Source: Lama guanicoe (Eukaryota). Taken from it: 64,000 nt of DNA. The stretch spans positions 1,240,001 to 1,304,000 of the forward strand of contig MU053559.1 of assembly GCA_013239625.1 (NCBI GenBank), read 5' to 3'. A program made the position numbers and the translations under genes. Positions 37,851 to 64,000 of the stretch are shown piece by piece. The notes below the pieces were generated by a model. It saw nothing but the letters and a program-made list of their open reading frames with translations, had not been told where the DNA came from and did not search any database. The stretch's first letter is position 1; every line of letters starts with the position of its first letter.

Positions 37851-38967
37851 TGTTGTGGGATTCCTGGGAGCTGTGCTCTGGGGAGTGGGAAGAGGAAAGG
37901 GATCATGGGGGTGTCTCCAGACTAAAAGCCACTCATCCAGAGACTGAGGTTCTTTCAAGTGGCCTCTTTCTATTCCTATTTCCTCTCCCTCTCTCCTCTA
38001 CCCCCACCTCTCCCACTGGGATATACCCCCCCACCAGATGAACACCATCCCACCTCTAAGGGCCCCTATAACTGGTGCAGGGTGACGTCACAATGCAGAT
38101 TAGTAAACGGAGGAGGGGCTTTGCGCCAATGGCTCTTCTCACACCACCTCCCTTCCACCTTCTTGTCTCACAAGCAAGCATTTTTTTGGGGGGGAGGGGT
38201 GGTTCCTGACCCCATTTCACAGCCCAGCCGGAGGCCCCAGGCCCGGAGAGGGCAGCCCCAGCTTCGTGTTCCCACTGCACTCAGACCTGTGCTGAGAGCG
38301 CACACACGTACTTGTGAATCACAGGGTGTGGACTGGTCAGCGGTGACTGGAGGGGTAGGGCGCTGTGGTAACAGCTGTGGAGAGGATGGGGATGAGGGTG
38401 GACCCAGATGGTCCTGGTGGGGCATCCCTGGGACCTGGGATTGGCAGGCTGACTTCTCTAACTCCATCCCTCTGGAGATCACAAGGCCCACTGGCGCCAG
38501 AGTTCCCATCGCTGTTCACTTAGAGATGCCCTTGGGCACTGTCCCAGACCCAGAGAGGGCCAAGTACAGTTTAGCCTTGTGATTGTACAGCAAGTGCAGC
38601 TGCGGGGTGGCAAGGCCAGGGAACGGGTGGTCCCCAGTCCTGCCTCTGACCCAGAGGGACTTCAAGCCTGACAGTGCCCTGGTGGTGCTGGATTTCCTAG
38701 CACAGCATGACCTGCCGGACACAACAATGGTCAGGGGCTGTGACCAGGACCTTGTGTGCTGGGATACAGGTCAGAACTCCATGTTCTGCCCCAACCCCCA
38801 CCAAGCTGGTAGCCACCATGTACCAAGACATTGTGAATGCCACCACTGCCACCCACCTCAGCCTGACAGGCCCCTTGTCTACCTGTGTTTATGTCCCTGT
38901 GTCTGTGTGAGCCACAAACCATGCTGGGACATGAGAGAGAGACATGCAAGCTGAGGACTTTTCAGCT

Positions 38968-38973
38968 TTTATT
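38968..38973 (-). terminator. RBM10 polyadenylation signal AATAAA
   Basis: TTTATT on the + strand, about 190 nt past the stop codon. Confidence 0.85.
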
Positions 38974-39159
38974 ACAAAAAGGAGGACATGACTCCAGCCT
39001 AGTTTTCCAACAAAAGTCACCAGCTCAAAGTCTGACTTGGTCAGGGCCTCTGCAGCAGGGGAGTAAGGCTGGTAGACAGGTGCAGGGCCCTACTCAGACT
39101 TCATCCTCCCCTGCCCCAGGCTGGACACCCGACATGAGTTAAGTAGGTCTTGCAGCTGC

Positions 39160-63502
<24,343 letters not shown>

Positions 63503-64000
63503 GTCCTGATAGGGCCTGCGAGGGCTGCTGGGGCCCCTCCTCAGCCGTTGGCTCCGTTTCACTTCCCAGCCACCCCCGCTGCTGCCACCATGATCTGCCA
63601 GCCTGGGTGATGTCTCCTGCAGGGACTCTGGGGAAAGCAGAAGGAAGAAAGGGGTCAAGGCAGTCTGGACAGAGAGCACCTTCTTGAGAAACCCTTGTTG
63701 TCCAGGCTTCTGCTGTTTCTTAGGCCAGTGATGTTTCCCAACTCCTAGTGCTCCTGGGGTCCCGAGTGAGAAGGCAGCTGCCATCTGGCCCGCTCCTTCC
63801 TTTCCCCGCAAACCTGAGGCCAGAGCCCGCTGCCCTAGAGACAGCAAGGCCTTCAGCAGACAGGGAGCATCCTGCAGAGAGACCCGGTGGTGCCACTCAT
63901 TCTGTGATCAGGGCTTTACCACCTGAGACCGCTAGACAAGTTCAAGCCCGGAGCTACCTGCCCAGGGGAGCTCTCAGTGCTGGATGACTTGTCTGAGATC

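Overview
Mammalian X-linked locus, very likely camelid (Vic-1-type SINE at 59484-59690), from a gappy assembly. Three multi-exon genes lie in tandem on the minus strand. RBM10: exon 2 to stop, CDS 63502-39160, with exons 4, 6, 7 and part of 10 lost in N-gaps. UBA1: complete 1058-aa CDS, 25410-12463, with two or three alternative non-coding first exons at about 29.8-33.3 kb. CDK16/PCTK1: promoter at about 8.0-9.5 kb, CDS running off the left edge. The rest is introns with MIR, L2, L1 and MER elements. Most notable observations: (1) about 12-13 copies of a palindromic POU-dimer motif (MORE+1 type, ATGAATWATGCAT) arrayed around the UBA1 promoters, and a decayed ~38-bp minisatellite in CDK16 intron 1 whose best-preserved core is an octamer/TAATGARAT-like word; both genes escape X-inactivation in human. 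(2) UBA1 first-exon choice sets the Kozak context of Met1. (3) A perfect 36-bp-arm hairpin lies in the RBM10-UBA1 intergenic region. (4) Two expected splice donors lack GT but have in-frame rescue donors.
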